DNA from: Anaerolineae bacterium
Lineage (GTDB): Bacteria; Chloroflexota; Anaerolineae; Aggregatilineales; Phototrophicaceae
Direction: 5' to 3'
Assembly: GCA_023382675.1 (NCBI GenBank)
Contig: JAHDWN010000012.1
Coordinates: 81,548 to 145,547 of the forward strand
DNA length: 64,000 nt
Below, one piece after another: positions 35,274 to 44,712 of the stretch; the first letter of the stretch is position 1; each line of letters begins with the position of its first letter. The notes under the pieces were generated by a model. The model was not told the origin of the DNA. It saw nothing but the letters and a program-made list of their open reading frames with translations, and made no database searches. The position numbers and the translations under genes were made by a program.

Positions 35274-36806
35274 TTAGCCCTCGTCGATACCTTCCTGGAT
35301 AGCCGCGTTGATGTTATTCAACGTCGTCTCAACGTCCTGCTGATCAGTCACCATCAGACCCAACTCAGTCGGGATGACTGCGCCGGTGCTGCTGATGTCT
35401 GCCCAGGCCGGGAAGTGCGGCTCGGTGCCCATGCGTTCCTTGATTGCCGTGAGGATGGCGGGGAAGTGACGGGTCGTGCCGGCCATCGGCTGAGCGCGCT
35501 CGAGTGTGCGCGGGTCGTCGAAGGTCGATTGGCGAACAGGCGTGTTGCTCTGTGCTGCCGCGAGAGCCATGGTTTCCTTGCTGGTTGCCCACTGCAGGAA
35601 GACCCAGGCAGCATCCTGATTGGTGCTGTATTTCGACAGCGCGAGGCAGGAGCCACCCTGATGGCCAATGCCCGGCGTCTCATCGAACGCGCATTCGTCA
35701 CGGCTGCGCAGCGCATCTTCCATCGGTAGATCAGCAGTTTCCATGAGGCCCGCAACCTTCGAAGTCTCGGGGTTATCCCAGGCCGGGAAGAACTCGCCCC
35801 AGTTGATGACGACGCCAGCCAAGCCCTGACCGACGGCGTCACCCTGGCCTGACCAATCCCAGGTTGTCGCACCCGATGGCATGGTCTTGCCCAGGCGCAG
35901 CATGTATTCGGCACCCGCCTTGCCAGCATCGTCGTTGATGACGGCCTGGCCGTCGGCGTTGGTGTGAGACCCACCATGACTCCAGAGCCAGGATGTCCAA
36001 TCGCACTGGAGCGAGTAGTGACCGGTCTTCCACTGGCCTGCCGTCCCGTAAATCTGCGAGCCGTCATCGTTGGTCATGCCTGAAGCGAAGATGGCTTCGG
36101 CAGCCGCGGCATACTCTTCCATGGTCGTCGGCACGGACAGCCCTAGCTCGTCTAAAACATCCTTGCGGTAGCTCATGATGAAGATCGGAATGTCAAACGG
36201 CACGCCGACCAGCGTACCACGATACTCGGCAATTGCCGGCACCAGTTCGGGAATGAAATCCTCGAAGTCGTAGCCCGGCATGTTCAGGTCATTGCCAGCA
36301 TCGCTAATGTAGGTCGCGCGTGTGTCTACAATATCCAGCTCGAAGCGGCCTAACCACGACTGATCCAGATAGTAGATGTCGTTCGACGCAGACTCGCTCG
36401 CCGTATCTTGTGTAATTTTCGACAATACCTGGTCAAGCGGTGTTTGTTCCCAGATGACCTCGATGCCAGTCAGGGCGGTGAAATTGTCTGCGATCAGACC
36501 AGATGTAATCTGGCTGGGCGCTGTCGATTCGGAAGATAGGCGAATGGTCGTGCCCGAAAAACGCCCACCAACTTCACGCAGCCAGGTGTTCATCTCATCC
36601 TGAGCCATCAAGTAATCACGCGCCCATGCCGGGGCCTTTGCCGGTGCGGCGACGGCGCGTTCCATGCGCATCAACCCCGCAGCGCTGAAGCCGAAGCCTG
36701 CTACCCCAGCTGCGCGCAAAAAGTCGCGGCGGCTCATCTTCCCTTTGCGCACTTGCTCGCCTGCTTTGGCAACATACAGGCGCTTCTGGCGCTCAATAAC
36801 GTTCAT
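35274..36806 (-). CDS. CUT1-family ABC sugar transporter substrate-binding protein (Tat signal)
   Basis: GGAGGGAG SD upstream of ATG 36806. Twin-arginine motif MSRRDFLRAAGVAGFG. ATG 36737 is an alternative start. Confidence 0.8.
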   Translation of the reverse strand: MNVIERQKRLYVAKAGEQVRKGKMSRRDFLRAAGVAGFGFSAAGLMRMERAVAAPAKAPAWARDYLMAQDEMNTWLREVGGRFSGTTIRLSSESTAPSQITSGLIADNFTALTGIEVIWEQTPLDQVLSKITQDTASESASNDIYYLDQSWLGRFELDIVDTRATYISDAGNDLNMPGYDFEDFIPELVPAIAEYRGTLVGVPFDIPIFIMSYRKDVLDELGLSVPTTMEEYAAAAEAIFASGMTNDDGSQIYGTAGQWKTGHYSLQCDWTSWLWSHGGSHTNADGQAVINDDAGKAGAEYMLRLGKTMPSGATTWDWSGQGDAVGQGLAGVVINWGEFFPAWDNPETSKVAGLMETADLPMEDALRSRDECAFDETPGIGHQGGSCLALSKYSTNQDAAWVFLQWATSKETMALAAAQSNTPVRQSTFDDPRTLERAQPMAGTTRHFPAILTAIKERMGTEPHFPAWADISSTGAVIPTELGLMVTDQQDVETTLNNINAAIQEGIDEG

Positions 36807-37002
36807 AACTGCTCCCTCCAAAGAATGATTGTTACAGGCTGTCGAGACTAAAAGGCTTTGCAGCGGCGTAAGACTGCCATGTCCGAACATCCGTGACGGT
36901 TAGATAAACTATCGGGGTATCCTCCACCTCCTAGACTGCATCTGCTGCTCACGAAATTTCCCGCCTGCAAGCTCCGTCGCTTGAGGGGAACACCATGATG
37001 TC

Positions 37003-37992
37003 TTAGCCGCGGACAGCACCCAGTGTCAGGCCGCGGATTAAGCTGCGTTGCACGAACAGTATGAAGATAAAGACGGGCACCATCGCGGCAGTGCCTGCGG
37101 CTGCCAGAAAACCCCATTCTGTGCCACCTGAAGCGGTATCGAACCCGGCCAGGAATACCGGGAGCGTACTCAGATCTGGGATGCGCACCAGATACAAAGC
37201 GAACAGGAACTCGTTCCACGAAAAGATCAGACACAGCACCGCGGCGGCTCCCATGCCAGGGAGTACATAGCGAATGATGATGCGCCAGAACGCGCCCCAA
37301 CGGTTGCAGCCGTCAACCATGGCGGCATCGTCCAGGTCGGTCGGCACGTCATCGAAGAAGCTCTTCAAAAGCAATATCGCCAGCGGCAGGTTGACCAGGA
37401 CGTGAGCGAGCACTAATCCAAAGCGCGTATCATCCCAGCCGATAAAGCGGTAGATCTGCGTGATCGGCAGTACCGCCGCGAAGGCAGGCATGAAGCGCGT
37501 CGATAGGATGAAGAAAACAATGTTTTGTTTGCCACGCGGATTGAAGCGCGAAAGCGCATAAGCGGTTGGGGTGGCAACGGCGATAACGACCAACGTGCTC
37601 AGAAAGCCCGTGATGGCGCTGTTGACCAGGAACGGGACGACGTAGTAGCCGACTGTGCCGCCGCCGCCTGTGCCGGCATTCGCGCCGACGGTTTCCTGAA
37701 CAACTTCCAGGTAGGGGCGTCCGCCGATGACCGTGCTCCACCACGAGCCGATCGCATCAAAGCCGATCAGTTGTGGTGGCATCTGGAAGATGCCGGTGAA
37801 TGTCTTGAAAGAGGCGGTCACCCAGAACCAGATCGGGAAGAAGAAGATTAAGACGATCACTCCCGTGACGATGGTGAGCAGGATGCGGTTGATGAGTTTC
37901 TGTCGGTGCTGCTGGCGCTGAACACTTCGCCATTCGGCTTCTGTTCTGTGCCCAATGCCTATCTGTGGCTTTGTGGAGTTTGCGGTTGCCAT
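37003..37992 (-). CDS. ABC sugar transporter permease (MalG-like)
   Basis: EAA loop DDAAMVDGCNRWGAFWRIIIRYVLP, and six TM segments. Confidence 0.88.
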   Translation of the reverse strand: MATANSTKPQIGIGHRTEAEWRSVQRQQHRQKLINRILLTIVTGVIVLIFFFPIWFWVTASFKTFTGIFQMPPQLIGFDAIGSWWSTVIGGRPYLEVVQETVGANAGTGGGGTVGYYVVPFLVNSAITGFLSTLVVIAVATPTAYALSRFNPRGKQNIVFFILSTRFMPAFAAVLPITQIYRFIGWDDTRFGLVLAHVLVNLPLAILLLKSFFDDVPTDLDDAAMVDGCNRWGAFWRIIIRYVLPGMGAAAVLCLIFSWNEFLFALYLVRIPDLSTLPVFLAGFDTASGGTEWGFLAAAGTAAMVPVFIFILFVQRSLIRGLTLGAVRG

Positions 37993-38005
37993 CGTGACTG
38001 TCTCC

Positions 38006-38944
38006 CTACCACTTCATCCGGAATATGCGAATGTAGCTGAAAGCCACAATCCAGACGACGATCATCACGAAGACGCCAATGGTCGCACCGTAGCCGAACT
38101 TGACCTGCTGGAAGGTGTTGACGTAGCCGTAATAGCTCAGAGTCTCGGTATGCAAAGCCGGGCCACCGGCGGTCAGTACAGCCACATAGTCGAAGACGCG
38201 GAACAAATCCACTAGGCGGAACAAAATGGCAATGCTGAGCACAGTGCGCAGCAAGGGGAGTTTGACCCACCAGAAGCGCTGCCAGCCATTGGCACCATCA
38301 ACCTCTGCTGCTTCCAGTACTTCGGTGGGAATGCTCTTGAGGCCAGCCAGGACAATCAGGACGATAAAGGGCGTCCACTGCCAGATCTCAACCAGCAGCA
38401 CGCCCATCAAGGCGTATACGCCCTTGCCGCCGATTAACGGCTCATCCTTGGTGACAATGCCCAGATTCTGAAAAATGAAGTCGATGTAACCGAATTCGGA
38501 ATGCGTCAGGAGGCGAAACAGCATCCCCGACACAACCGGGGCAGTCACCATCGGCAAGATGATGAGGGTTTGCATCAAACCGACGCCAAATGGGCGTGCA
38601 TCGAGCAGAATTGCTATGAGAATACCGAGGAATACCTGAATGATGAGCGCAATTACAACGTATTGGAGGGTGATGCTGACGGCGTTCTGGAAACGCGAGT
38701 CCTGGAATAGATTGCTCCAGTTTTCCAAACCGATGAACTCAAACGTTTTTTGACGTGCCTTGAACTCGGTGAAGCTCATAACCAGGTTGAGAATCAACGG
38801 GCCCAGACTGTAAAGCAGGAGGAAGATAAGCGCGGGACTCAACCACAGCCAGGGATTGCTGCTGTTAAAGAAACCTCGTTTCTGCCCTGGCCGCTCTTTG
38901 GCCGACGGAGACATGCCGACCATTACACTATCGGATTGTGCCAT
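38006..38944 (-). CDS. ABC sugar transporter permease (MalF-like)
   Basis: EAA loop EAAEVDGANGWQRFWWVKLPLL. Confidence 0.88.
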   Translation of the reverse strand: MAQSDSVMVGMSPSAKERPGQKRGFFNSSNPWLWLSPALIFLLLYSLGPLILNLVMSFTEFKARQKTFEFIGLENWSNLFQDSRFQNAVSITLQYVVIALIIQVFLGILIAILLDARPFGVGLMQTLIILPMVTAPVVSGMLFRLLTHSEFGYIDFIFQNLGIVTKDEPLIGGKGVYALMGVLLVEIWQWTPFIVLIVLAGLKSIPTEVLEAAEVDGANGWQRFWWVKLPLLRTVLSIAILFRLVDLFRVFDYVAVLTAGGPALHTETLSYYGYVNTFQQVKFGYGATIGVFVMIVVWIVAFSYIRIFRMKW

Positions 38945-39016
38945 AAATGCCAGTCTCCTAAAAAAACAATCGACCTAAGTTCGGCCACAACTGATGCGGC
39001 AGTGGGCACGAAATTG

Positions 39017-39028
39017 TCACAAATGTGC
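39017..39028. promoter_or_regulatory. Candidate operator box TCACA-AA-TGTGC
   Basis: It lies about 75 nt upstream of the permease start 38944, in the divergent intergenic region. Confidence 0.45.
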
Positions 39029-39154
39029 ATTGTTTTCAATTCGGTGAAACTATAGTATTTTTGCGCAGCCGTGTCAAGCGATCCGGATTCAATTTCCAAC
39101 CCTCTTACCAAGCAAGCCAGCATCCCTGTCTTGCAGCTGCGGGATGCAGATTGC

Positions 39155-39183
39155 TTGACAGGTATTGTCCATCCCCTTAGAAT
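39155..39183 (+). promoter_or_regulatory. Sigma70-like promoter of the GpsA-like gene
   Basis: TTGACA-17 nt-TAGAAT. Confidence 0.55.
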
Positions 39184-39206
39184 CCCGTAAAAAATGTGCC
39201 AGCCAT

Positions 39207-39218
39207 TCACATTTGTGC
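39207..39218. promoter_or_regulatory. Candidate operator box TCACA-TT-TGTGC
   Basis: It lies about 25 nt downstream of the -10 element and forms part of a larger palindrome, AAATGTG-N9-CACATTT (39192-39214). Confidence 0.45.
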
Positions 39219-39248
39219 GTTCATGGCGACACATGGAAGGGGTGTAGA

Positions 39249-40343
39249 ATGGCAGTCATCACCGTTTTGGGCGCGGGTGTGATGGGCACCGCTCTTACTT
39301 ATCCCATCGCTGATAATGGTAACGATGTCCGTCTAGTCGGGACGCATCTCGACGATGATATTATTCAGAGTTGCAAGGATCAACGCATTCATCCGCGTCT
39401 CAAGCGGCGCATTCACGACGATGTGAAACCCTTCTTTTACCATGAAATCGCCGATGCCATGCCGGAGACAGAGATCATCGTGCTTGGCGTCAATTCGCGC
39501 GGCGTTCACTGGGCTGCCGAGGCCTTAGCGCCGTATCTTCGCCCTGGTCACATCGTCATGATGGTGACAAAGGGTATGGAGAGTGAGAACGACGAACTCA
39601 AAATCCTCCCTGATGTTTTGCGCGACCATTTACCCGTGGGCATTCGCGATCAGATCGACTACGCTGCCATTGGCGGGCCGTCGATTGCGGGCGAACTGGC
39701 GGCTCGCAATCACACGAGCGTTGTCTTTGTGTCGCGCAACCCGAACATCTTGCCAGGGTTGCAAAAACTGTTCGCGACCTCCTACTATCACGTCTGGAGC
39801 TCGACCGATCTGATTGGCGTCGAAGTGTGTGTCGCGCTCAAGAACCCGATTGCTTTGGCGGTGGGGCTGGCGGCAGGCCTGCTGGAACGTCAAACCAAGG
39901 AAAAAGGCCCCGACGTCGCCAATGCGCACATGTACAACTATGCGGCTGCCCTTTTTGCTCAGGGATTGGCAGAGACGGCCTACATTGTCAATCTGATGGG
40001 CGGCAGGCCAGAAACCGTGTTCAGCTTGCCTGGCGCTGGAGACCTGTACGTCACAACCCAGGGCGGGCGCAATTCGCGCATGGGGCGCTTGCTCGGAATG
40101 GGCTTGCCCTACAGCGACGCCGTCGAGGAAATGTACGGCGAAACGATAGAAGGTGTCGATGCGACGGTCGCGATCATGCCGGCCATCCAACACATGATCG
40201 ATAGCGGCAAAATCAGTGCAGATGCGCTGCCGCTATTGCACACGCTGCACCGGATTCTGACGCGAAATGCGCCCGTCGATTTTGACTTTGACACCTTCTT
40301 TGCGTCCTTGTCGATGTTCAACCCGCCCGTGACCCGGACGTAG
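39249..40343 (+). CDS. GpsA-family NAD(P)H-dependent (glycerol-3-phosphate-type) dehydrogenase, divergent member
   Basis: MAVITVLGAGVMGTALTYPIADNG... and IGGPSIAGELA are present. Length is about 364 aa. Confidence 0.7.
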   Translation: MAVITVLGAGVMGTALTYPIADNGNDVRLVGTHLDDDIIQSCKDQRIHPRLKRRIHDDVKPFFYHEIADAMPETEIIVLGVNSRGVHWAAEALAPYLRPGHIVMMVTKGMESENDELKILPDVLRDHLPVGIRDQIDYAAIGGPSIAGELAARNHTSVVFVSRNPNILPGLQKLFATSYYHVWSSTDLIGVEVCVALKNPIALAVGLAAGLLERQTKEKGPDVANAHMYNYAAALFAQGLAETAYIVNLMGGRPETVFSLPGAGDLYVTTQGGRNSRMGRLLGMGLPYSDAVEEMYGETIEGVDATVAIMPAIQHMIDSGKISADALPLLHTLHRILTRNAPVDFDFDTFFASLSMFNPPVTRT

Positions 40344-40361
40344 TTGAGACGGAGGCCGTGT

Positions 40362-41408
40362 CTATCCGGTTAATCCAGGTTCGACAGCCAGCTTGATCAC
40401 TTCGCTGCGCGCCATACGCAGCAGACCGTCTTCGACCTGCTCAAGTGGGATGCTGCCCTCCAATAGTGGCGCAACATCCACCGCGCCGCTGGCGAGCGCC
40501 TGGACGGCCATTTCGACTGTGCGCGGAATCAGGTGAAAAACGCCCTTCATAGTGACACCGCCGTAGTGAAGATGCGTCGCGTCAAAGCTCACTTGAGTAC
40601 CGCCGGGCAGCCCGCTATATTGCACGATAGTGCCGCCTTTGCGCACCATCAGCAGTGCCTGCGACCAGGTTTCGGACGCGCCTGCCGATTCGATGACCAC
40701 ATCAGCGCCCCGGCCATCGGTCAAGGACTTGACGAACTCGACCGGATCGCCGTCCTGACTGCTAAAGATGGCGTCTGCACCCAGCGCGCGTGCGACTTCG
40801 AGCCGTCCGCGTGCCCGACCGATCATAATGACACGCGCTGCGCCGACCGAGCGCGCAACCTGCATCTGCATCAACCCCTGCGCGCCGGGGCCAATGATAG
40901 CCACCGTATCCCCAAATTGGATGTCCGCATTGATCACACCGTTGACTGCACAGGCGAGCGGCTCGACAAACCCGGCATGAGCAAAGGAGACATTCTCCGG
41001 CTTGTGGTGCAGATTCTGCGCGACAATGTGCGCTGGAATGCGAAAATAATCCGCGTAGGAACCGAAATTGAAGCTGTCTTCAATTCCGATACACAGCGAC
41101 TGTTGTCCGCGGCGGCAGAAAAAGCACGTGTTACACGGCGCGCTATTCGCACCACAGACCGCGTCACCCTCACGAAACTGTTTGACGCCAGCACCGACAG
41201 CAGTTACCACGCCGGCGTATTCATGACCGAAGGGCATCGGTGGGCGAAACAGCCTGTGACCGCGTTTGTAGCCTTTGAGATCAGTGCCACATGTCGTCGC
41301 AGCTTCGATTTTGATGACGACTTCGCCTGGGCCAGGCTCAGGGATGGTCACTTCGCGCAGTTCCAGCTTGCCCGGTTCAAGGAAAAATACACCTCGCATT
41401 GAAGACAT
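40362..41408 (-). CDS. Zn-dependent medium-chain alcohol/polyol dehydrogenase
   Basis: CGTDLKGY, GHEYAGVV and IIGPGAQGL are present. Confidence 0.85.
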   Translation of the reverse strand: MSSMRGVFFLEPGKLELREVTIPEPGPGEVVIKIEAATTCGTDLKGYKRGHRLFRPPMPFGHEYAGVVTAVGAGVKQFREGDAVCGANSAPCNTCFFCRRGQQSLCIGIEDSFNFGSYADYFRIPAHIVAQNLHHKPENVSFAHAGFVEPLACAVNGVINADIQFGDTVAIIGPGAQGLMQMQVARSVGAARVIMIGRARGRLEVARALGADAIFSSQDGDPVEFVKSLTDGRGADVVIESAGASETWSQALLMVRKGGTIVQYSGLPGGTQVSFDATHLHYGGVTMKGVFHLIPRTVEMAVQALASGAVDVAPLLEGSIPLEQVEDGLLRMARSEVIKLAVEPGLTG

Positions 41409-41420
41409 GAAGCTATTCCT

Positions 41421-42458
41421 TCACTCGATTTCGACGACGATCTTGAGCGAGTCCCCGGCGGCTTTGGTCATATGCCAGGCTTTATCGGCCTCCGCAAGCG
41501 GGAAGCGATGGGTGATCAGCAGATTGGGATCGAGAATACCAGTCTGCATCAAGGACAACGCCCGGCGGGTATCGTGTGGGCTGGCCGAATACGTAGCTGT
41601 TACCGTGATCTCATTGAACAGCATCTTGAACAGATTGACCGGCCAGCGCTTTTCCGGCTGCCACGGCGCATACAGCATCACCGTCGCGCCCGGCCCGGCC
41701 AGGTCAAAGCCCAGGTCGAGCGCCGCTTGTGCCGAAGGTGTGACCAAGACCGCGTGCGGGCCTTTACCTTCCGACCACTGTGCGATCTGATCTTTGAGAT
41801 CATCCTGGCTGACGTCGAAGGTTGTCAGCCCCATTGATTGAGCACGCTCCAGCCGGAACGCCTGCATATCAAGGATCGCCACGCGATCTGCGCCCCAATG
41901 GGACGCAAGCAGCGCCATCACGATGCCGTTAAAGCCTGCGCCAATAACCACAACCGTGTCTCCGCGCTGGATATTGGCGCGGTCGAGGCCACGAACACAG
42001 CAACCGACCGGCTCGACCAAGGCTCCCACTTCATATGGCTGATCATCGGGCAGCTTAAGAATATCGCGCTCGACGATTTCTGCCGGAATCCGCACGTATT
42101 CGGCCATGCCCGCCGGATAAAGCCGCGTTTTCTTGAATGTCGGGCAATTGGTATAGCTGCCACGCCGGCATAGATCGCAGACCATACAGGGCACATGATG
42201 GTGAATAGCAACCCTGTCGCCGACAGAGAAAGCGGTCACGCCTGCGCCAACTGCCACGACATCCCCTGCCGGCTCATGACCGAGAGCGATGGGCGCACGG
42301 GGTGTCATATACCAATCGGTGACATCGCTGCCGCACATTCCACATACTTTGACTCGCACGAGCAGTTCGCCTGGGCCGGGTGCATCCGGCATCGGGTACT
42401 CTTCCACGCGCACGTCGCCAGCCCCATGATAAATCGCTGCTTTCATCGTTGTTTGCAT
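41421..42458 (-). CDS. Zn-dependent medium-chain alcohol/polyol dehydrogenase (second copy)
   Basis: MKAAIYHGAGDVRVEEY, CGMCGSD, GHEPAGDVV and VIGAGFNG are present. The start is ATG 42458 or 42446. Confidence 0.85.
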   Translation of the reverse strand: MQTTMKAAIYHGAGDVRVEEYPMPDAPGPGELLVRVKVCGMCGSDVTDWYMTPRAPIALGHEPAGDVVAVGAGVTAFSVGDRVAIHHHVPCMVCDLCRRGSYTNCPTFKKTRLYPAGMAEYVRIPAEIVERDILKLPDDQPYEVGALVEPVGCCVRGLDRANIQRGDTVVVIGAGFNGIVMALLASHWGADRVAILDMQAFRLERAQSMGLTTFDVSQDDLKDQIAQWSEGKGPHAVLVTPSAQAALDLGFDLAGPGATVMLYAPWQPEKRWPVNLFKMLFNEITVTATYSASPHDTRRALSLMQTGILDPNLLITHRFPLAEADKAWHMTKAAGDSLKIVVEIE

Positions 42459-42528
42459 GTGAAATAATCCTCTTCCTCGTCCAGGAACGGGCAAATTATA
42501 CGATACATCGGTCAAGTGTGCATCAACT

Positions 42529-42540
42529 TCACAAGTGTGC
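42529..42540. promoter_or_regulatory. Candidate operator box TCACA-AG-TGTGC
   Basis: It sits in the divergent region between the ADH operon and the cupin-SDR operon, immediately upstream of TATACT (42543-42548). A half-related copy, CAAGTGTGC, lies at 42513-42521. Confidence 0.45.
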
Positions 42541-42592
42541 GGTATACTGTGGGAGATTCGCACGATTTGACGGATTGTGGAAAGGATTACGC

Positions 42593-43003
42593 ATGGGAAT
42601 CGTACATCGTCGTACTGGCAACGGCCCCGAATATCGCTGGGAGGATGTCGACGTTTTTGAATACACAAGCAACAACGCCACCAAACAGGTCTTGATCGGG
42701 CGTAACGATGGCGCGCCCAATTTCGAAGTGCGCCTGTTTACGATCCCGGTCGGCGGCAAATCCAGTCTCGACCATCACGCGCATGACCATGGCGTTTTGA
42801 TCATCCACGGGCGTGCGCGCGTGATGTTGGGCGATAAATTCGAGGAAATTCAGGAAGGGGATATCGTTTATATCCCAACTTGGGAGCGCCACCAATTCGA
42901 GAATCTGTCTGACGAGCCGTTCTCCTTCCTGTGCATCATCCCGCCCAAGCCCGTCAAACCCGAGACCGAGTCGCAGCCATCGCCCGCAGAAAAGCAGATG
43001 TAA
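42593..43003 (+). CDS. Cupin domain protein
   Basis: HHAHDHGVLIIHGRARV...EGDIVYIPTWERHQFEN. Confidence 0.8.
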   Translation: MGIVHRRTGNGPEYRWEDVDVFEYTSNNATKQVLIGRNDGAPNFEVRLFTIPVGGKSSLDHHAHDHGVLIIHGRARVMLGDKFEEIQEGDIVYIPTWERHQFENLSDEPFSFLCIIPPKPVKPETESQPSPAEKQM

Positions 43004-43004
43004 G

Positions 43005-43838
43005 ATGGCGCAATTACGCCCTCAGCGCCTGAACGGCAAAGTCGCGATCATCACAGGTGCTGGGAGGGGGATTGGTTACGCTATCGGCACACGCTTCGCC
43101 GAGGAAGGCGCGCACGTCGTCGTCGCCGAAATTGATCGGGATACGGTGTACACAGCGGCGGAGGATTTTTCCGCGCGTGGCACCGAGGCGCTGGCGTATC
43201 CCATCGATGTGGGCGACATCGACGCCGTGCAAAAGATGATTGCTGACGTCGTGCAGGGCTTCGGTCAGCTCGATATTCTGGTGAATAATGCCGGCTTATC
43301 CGAACGCGTGCCGATGCTGGAGATGACGCCTGACCAGTGGGACACGTTGCAGCGTGTCAATCAGCGGGCGGTCTTTTTCTGCATGCAGGCGGCGGTGCGT
43401 CAGATGATCGCGCAGGTTCCCGACGCTGTGATCGAGGCAGGTCGTGCGGATCGCAGCTATGGCAAGATCATCAACCTCTCCTCGGTTGCGGGCCGCCGTG
43501 GGCGTGCCGATGCGATGCACTATTCCGTGTCGAAAGCGGCGGTCATCACCATGACGCAGGGGACAGCGATGGCGATGGCTCCCTATGGCATCAACGTCAA
43601 TGCCATCTGCCCCAGTGTCGTGCCGACGACGATGTGGGAGCGGCTTGACCGTGCTATGGGGGCGTCACTGGGCTTACCGCCCGGTGAGTTCTATCGCCAG
43701 CGTGTCGAGAAGATTCCGCTCAAACGCGCGGGCACAGCAGAGCAAATCGCGGCGATGGCGACTTTCCTGGCTTCAGAAGACGGCGATTACATTACCGGTC
43801 AGACCTACAATGTGGATGGCGGTTCGGAATTGAACTGA
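43005..43838 (+). CDS. Short-chain dehydrogenase/reductase (SDR)
   Basis: TGAGRGIG, NNAG, and YSVSKAA (the YxxxK motif). Confidence 0.9.
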   Translation: MAQLRPQRLNGKVAIITGAGRGIGYAIGTRFAEEGAHVVVAEIDRDTVYTAAEDFSARGTEALAYPIDVGDIDAVQKMIADVVQGFGQLDILVNNAGLSERVPMLEMTPDQWDTLQRVNQRAVFFCMQAAVRQMIAQVPDAVIEAGRADRSYGKIINLSSVAGRRGRADAMHYSVSKAAVITMTQGTAMAMAPYGINVNAICPSVVPTTMWERLDRAMGASLGLPPGEFYRQRVEKIPLKRAGTAEQIAAMATFLASEDGDYITGQTYNVDGGSELN

Positions 43839-43857
43839 GAGCGGGGATGATCAAATC

Positions 43858-44709
43858 TCAGGTGTCGAGCGGCAACTGGAGATTGAAGGGATCAAGCGGA
43901 ATCGCACCCTGATCGATCAACTGGCGGTTGCCACTGGTGGGAAGATCCAGCGTATAGAGCGGGCGCTGATGTTCGCGTGCCCAACGGGCAGCGTGCATTG
44001 CCCCGCCATCATTATTGGTCTCGACGACGATCATTACATGGCACAAACCACTGATAATCCGGTTGCGAGCGACGAGATAGGCAGGTTTGGATTCAGCGGA
44101 GGGATGCGATTCGCTCAGTAACGCGCCCTGCCCACAAATAGCCTCTGCCAACTTCTGATTCGTGGGTGGATAAATATTCAGGACGCCACCGCCTAGAACG
44201 GCCAGAGTACGACCCGCTGCCCCCAATGCACCCATGTGTGCAGCCTGGTCAATACCGAGTGCCAGGCCGCTGACGACGATGTAGCCCTTTTGCGCATAAT
44301 CGAAGGCAAGCGCTCGCGCTGCCTCTAATGCAATGTCTGACGGGCTGCGGGTGCCGACGATGGCGACCGTTTGCGCTTTGCGCAGGGCATCGCCCCAGTC
44401 GCCGCGGACGAAAATTGTCGGTGGGGCATCCTCAAGTGCGCGCAACCGTGGCGGATAGGCCGGATCATTGTCCATGATGATCTGGATTCCGGCAGCTTGC
44501 CAGCGCGGCAGATCATGTTCGACGGTGCTCAAATCGACGGCGCGAATACTGGCAGCGAGGACTGTGCCAATGCCCGGCACACGGCGCAATTCCTGACTGT
44601 CGGCAGCCAGGACTGCCTGGGCGCTGCCAAAGTGTGCGATCAAAGCGCGCATCGTCTTCCCGCCAACGCGCTCGACCAGGCTGAGGGCAACCCAGGCTGG
44701 ATCGATCAC
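43858..44709 (-). CDS. dprA: DNA-processing protein DprA (Smf)
   Basis: The N-terminal HhH/SAM-like segment is RVGGKTMRALIAHFGSAQAVL. The Rossmann core contains VAIVGTRSPS, VVSGLALGIDQAAH and ARNRIISGL. Confidence 0.85.
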   Translation of the reverse strand: MIDPAWVALSLVERVGGKTMRALIAHFGSAQAVLAADSQELRRVPGIGTVLAASIRAVDLSTVEHDLPRWQAAGIQIIMDNDPAYPPRLRALEDAPPTIFVRGDWGDALRKAQTVAIVGTRSPSDIALEAARALAFDYAQKGYIVVSGLALGIDQAAHMGALGAAGRTLAVLGGGVLNIYPPTNQKLAEAICGQGALLSESHPSAESKPAYLVARNRIISGLCHVMIVVETNNDGGAMHAARWAREHQRPLYTLDLPTSGNRQLIDQGAIPLDPFNLQLPLDT

Positions 44710-44712
44710 CGA

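Noticed and set aside
36807-37002. A ~195-nt gap between the second permease and the Tat-SBP gene, as a possible riboswitch or sRNA
   Set aside because: I could see no recognisable conserved RNA motif or strong structure. The gap may partly reflect start-codon uncertainty, since the SBP ORF is open up to 36890.
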